The position numbers were made by a program, and so were the translations under genes. The notes under the pieces are model-generated. The model saw only the letters and a list, made by a program, of their open reading frames with translations. It was not told where the DNA came from and ran no database searches. Shown here in pieces: positions 62,331-64,000 of a stretch of 64,000 nt of DNA; the first letter of the stretch is position 1, and each line of letters starts with the position of its first letter. The DNA comes from Macrostomum lignano (taxonomy: Eukaryota), in assembly GCA_002269645.1 (NCBI GenBank), contig NIVC01001610.1, forward strand, positions 62,001-126,000. The letters run 5' to 3'.

Positions 62331-63897
62331 AATCTCATTTTGCAGATAAAAACTAATCAACTATCAGGTATTTATAAAGCTCTGAATCACCAATCCTATA
62401 CTCATTATGACGCATCTCCCTTCACTTGATATCCCTCAATTCTTCTTTCCATGTTAAACTTCCCACGCAAAACCTGGCACGTATAAAGCATTAGCATTGT
62501 TGATTCATGCCTAAGACAGACAAGGCTACAGAGACGAGATATGGGGGGACAGACTGCTTGTTAGGCCGCCGCCTTCTGTCCATCCCGGTGGGTGCGTAGG
62601 CGGGACAGCAACCGACCCTTGTTGTTTCTGTGATGTACGGTTGGGGAAAAAGGGTTTTAGACTAAGCCTTAGTTCTCATAGCATATAGACTCTAAATTTC
62701 TGTGTGAGTCACCGCTATTTACAGCTGATTTAGTTGAATATTATATGTTAATGTACTCACTCACAAAGTTTTTGTCAGGACCATATGGGCTCCGGATCTA
62801 GTCTGTAGACTTCTATATATGGTATTATACTTATTTTATTTCCACAAAAAGCATATATTATTATGCAGATTAGCAATTTCCGTACACTTCCTTATGTAAG
62901 CAATATACATTTAGTTATAGTTACAATAAATAGCAGTGTCAAAGTGGGCTTTAGCGTTAAACAAAGCTTGTTTTTCTCTGTTTTATCAACAAAATCTGTC
63001 CCATGCGTGTGTGTGTGTGTGTGAAAACATTCACCTTTTCGTTGTTGACAGTTTTGTTTTACTGTTTCGCACTTCTCTCGCACGGCCATTTATGACAAGA
63101 GAAAAACTCCAAAACATAGCTAATAGTGTGTTTGCCACCCCATTGCTGCCGATTCAGAGAGTAGAGTCACATGGCGGTAAGCCAAACGGCGGAGCAAAAT
63201 AGGTAGCAAAAAAGGCTAGAGAGAGGGACAGAGGCGGAGAGAGAGAGAGGCGTGGGTGTGTGTACATCTAAGAAGCATTTTTTTCAACAAAAAAACACGC
63301 GAACGTCTACTGTCTCGGCCTGAACAGCTTTTGCCCATTCAGGCAAAAGGACTGTACAGCATACGGACCTCTCCGGGGCCGCCATTGGCTGAGAGACACT
63401 GAGGGGGGAGTGACCATCGGGAAAGTTCATCCAGTCTAAACTGATTTCCGTCCAGATCGCCCTCTCCCCCTCCGCCCCTCCCCTCTGTGCCGCATTCACC
63501 TAATTTTAAAGAGAGGGAGAACGTGACAGACTAAGGAGCAAAGTCAAACGGAGACAGGGCAGACGAAGGGGGCGTGCGTGCTAGTCCACTACTACTAAAA
63601 TTTTGGATTCTCCCTGAAACAGCCTAGATCGTTTCATTCTGAAATGTGCCGGCCTTCGCGATTTATTCCCATCAAAATGGGGATAATAAATTTGTTTTGA
63701 CAAAGGTTATAGAGCGATTAAGATCCTATCGCAGGAGATAACTGCTGCGTTAGGTGAGTAACTTCTCAATACTGTAATTAAGAATTAAATAGCATTGACG
63801 TGTAGTTGACACACTCAATATTTATGGTGAATTAAAGAATTACCAGAGTGCGATAAAATTCTGTGTTAGTCCTAATTGGTTTGAAGGCCGCAAGCAC

Positions 63898-64000
63898 ACA
63901 GTTCCGACTCAAAAACTTCAGACTCTAACAGTTCCGACTCAATCAGTTCCGACTCAAACAGTTCCGACTCAAGGAACTCCGACTCAAGGAACTCTGACTC
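63898..64000. repeat. About 14-bp repeat (CAGTTCCGACTCAA)n, truncated by the window end
   Basis: About 6 copies. Confidence 0.8.

Noticed and set aside
62890-63500. Short ORFs near the window end
   Set aside because: No motifs or consistent splice structure. They include simple GT and GA repeats.

Overview
Eukaryotic (metazoan) genomic DNA with GC-rich exons and introns filled by minisatellites. The style suggests a free-living flatworm such as Macrostomum, which is an inference from composition only. Most long ORFs in the supplied track are translations of repeats. I hand-spliced two genes. (1) A minus-strand TRPV channel of the OSM-9/Inactive clade (15021 to about 2512, 12 exons), whose last exon carries a repeat-expanded tail with an apparent 1-nt frameshift. 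(2) A plus-strand gene of 34 exons (22725-59216, about 3,700 aa). It is phase-consistent at every junction apart from one -1 indel at 58418-58420. Its predicted product is a double ROCO protein: histone H3 tail mimic (ARTKQTARK), LRR-like repeats, degenerate Roc and COR, Cys-rich motif, SPRY, unknown region, LRRs, intact Roc GTPase, COR, a TIR lacking the catalytic Glu, a TIR retaining it, and a polybasic CaaX (CSVQ) end. This architecture is the best candidate for an undescribed system. Also present: the last exon of an upstream gene, a non-autonomous hAT element with a nested insertion, a MITE-like insertion in a minisatellite, CORE-type SINE copies, and about 30 tandem arrays, some shared between neighbouring introns. 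No CRISPR array, rRNA or genuine tRNA was seen. All protein family calls come from motif recognition, not database searches.
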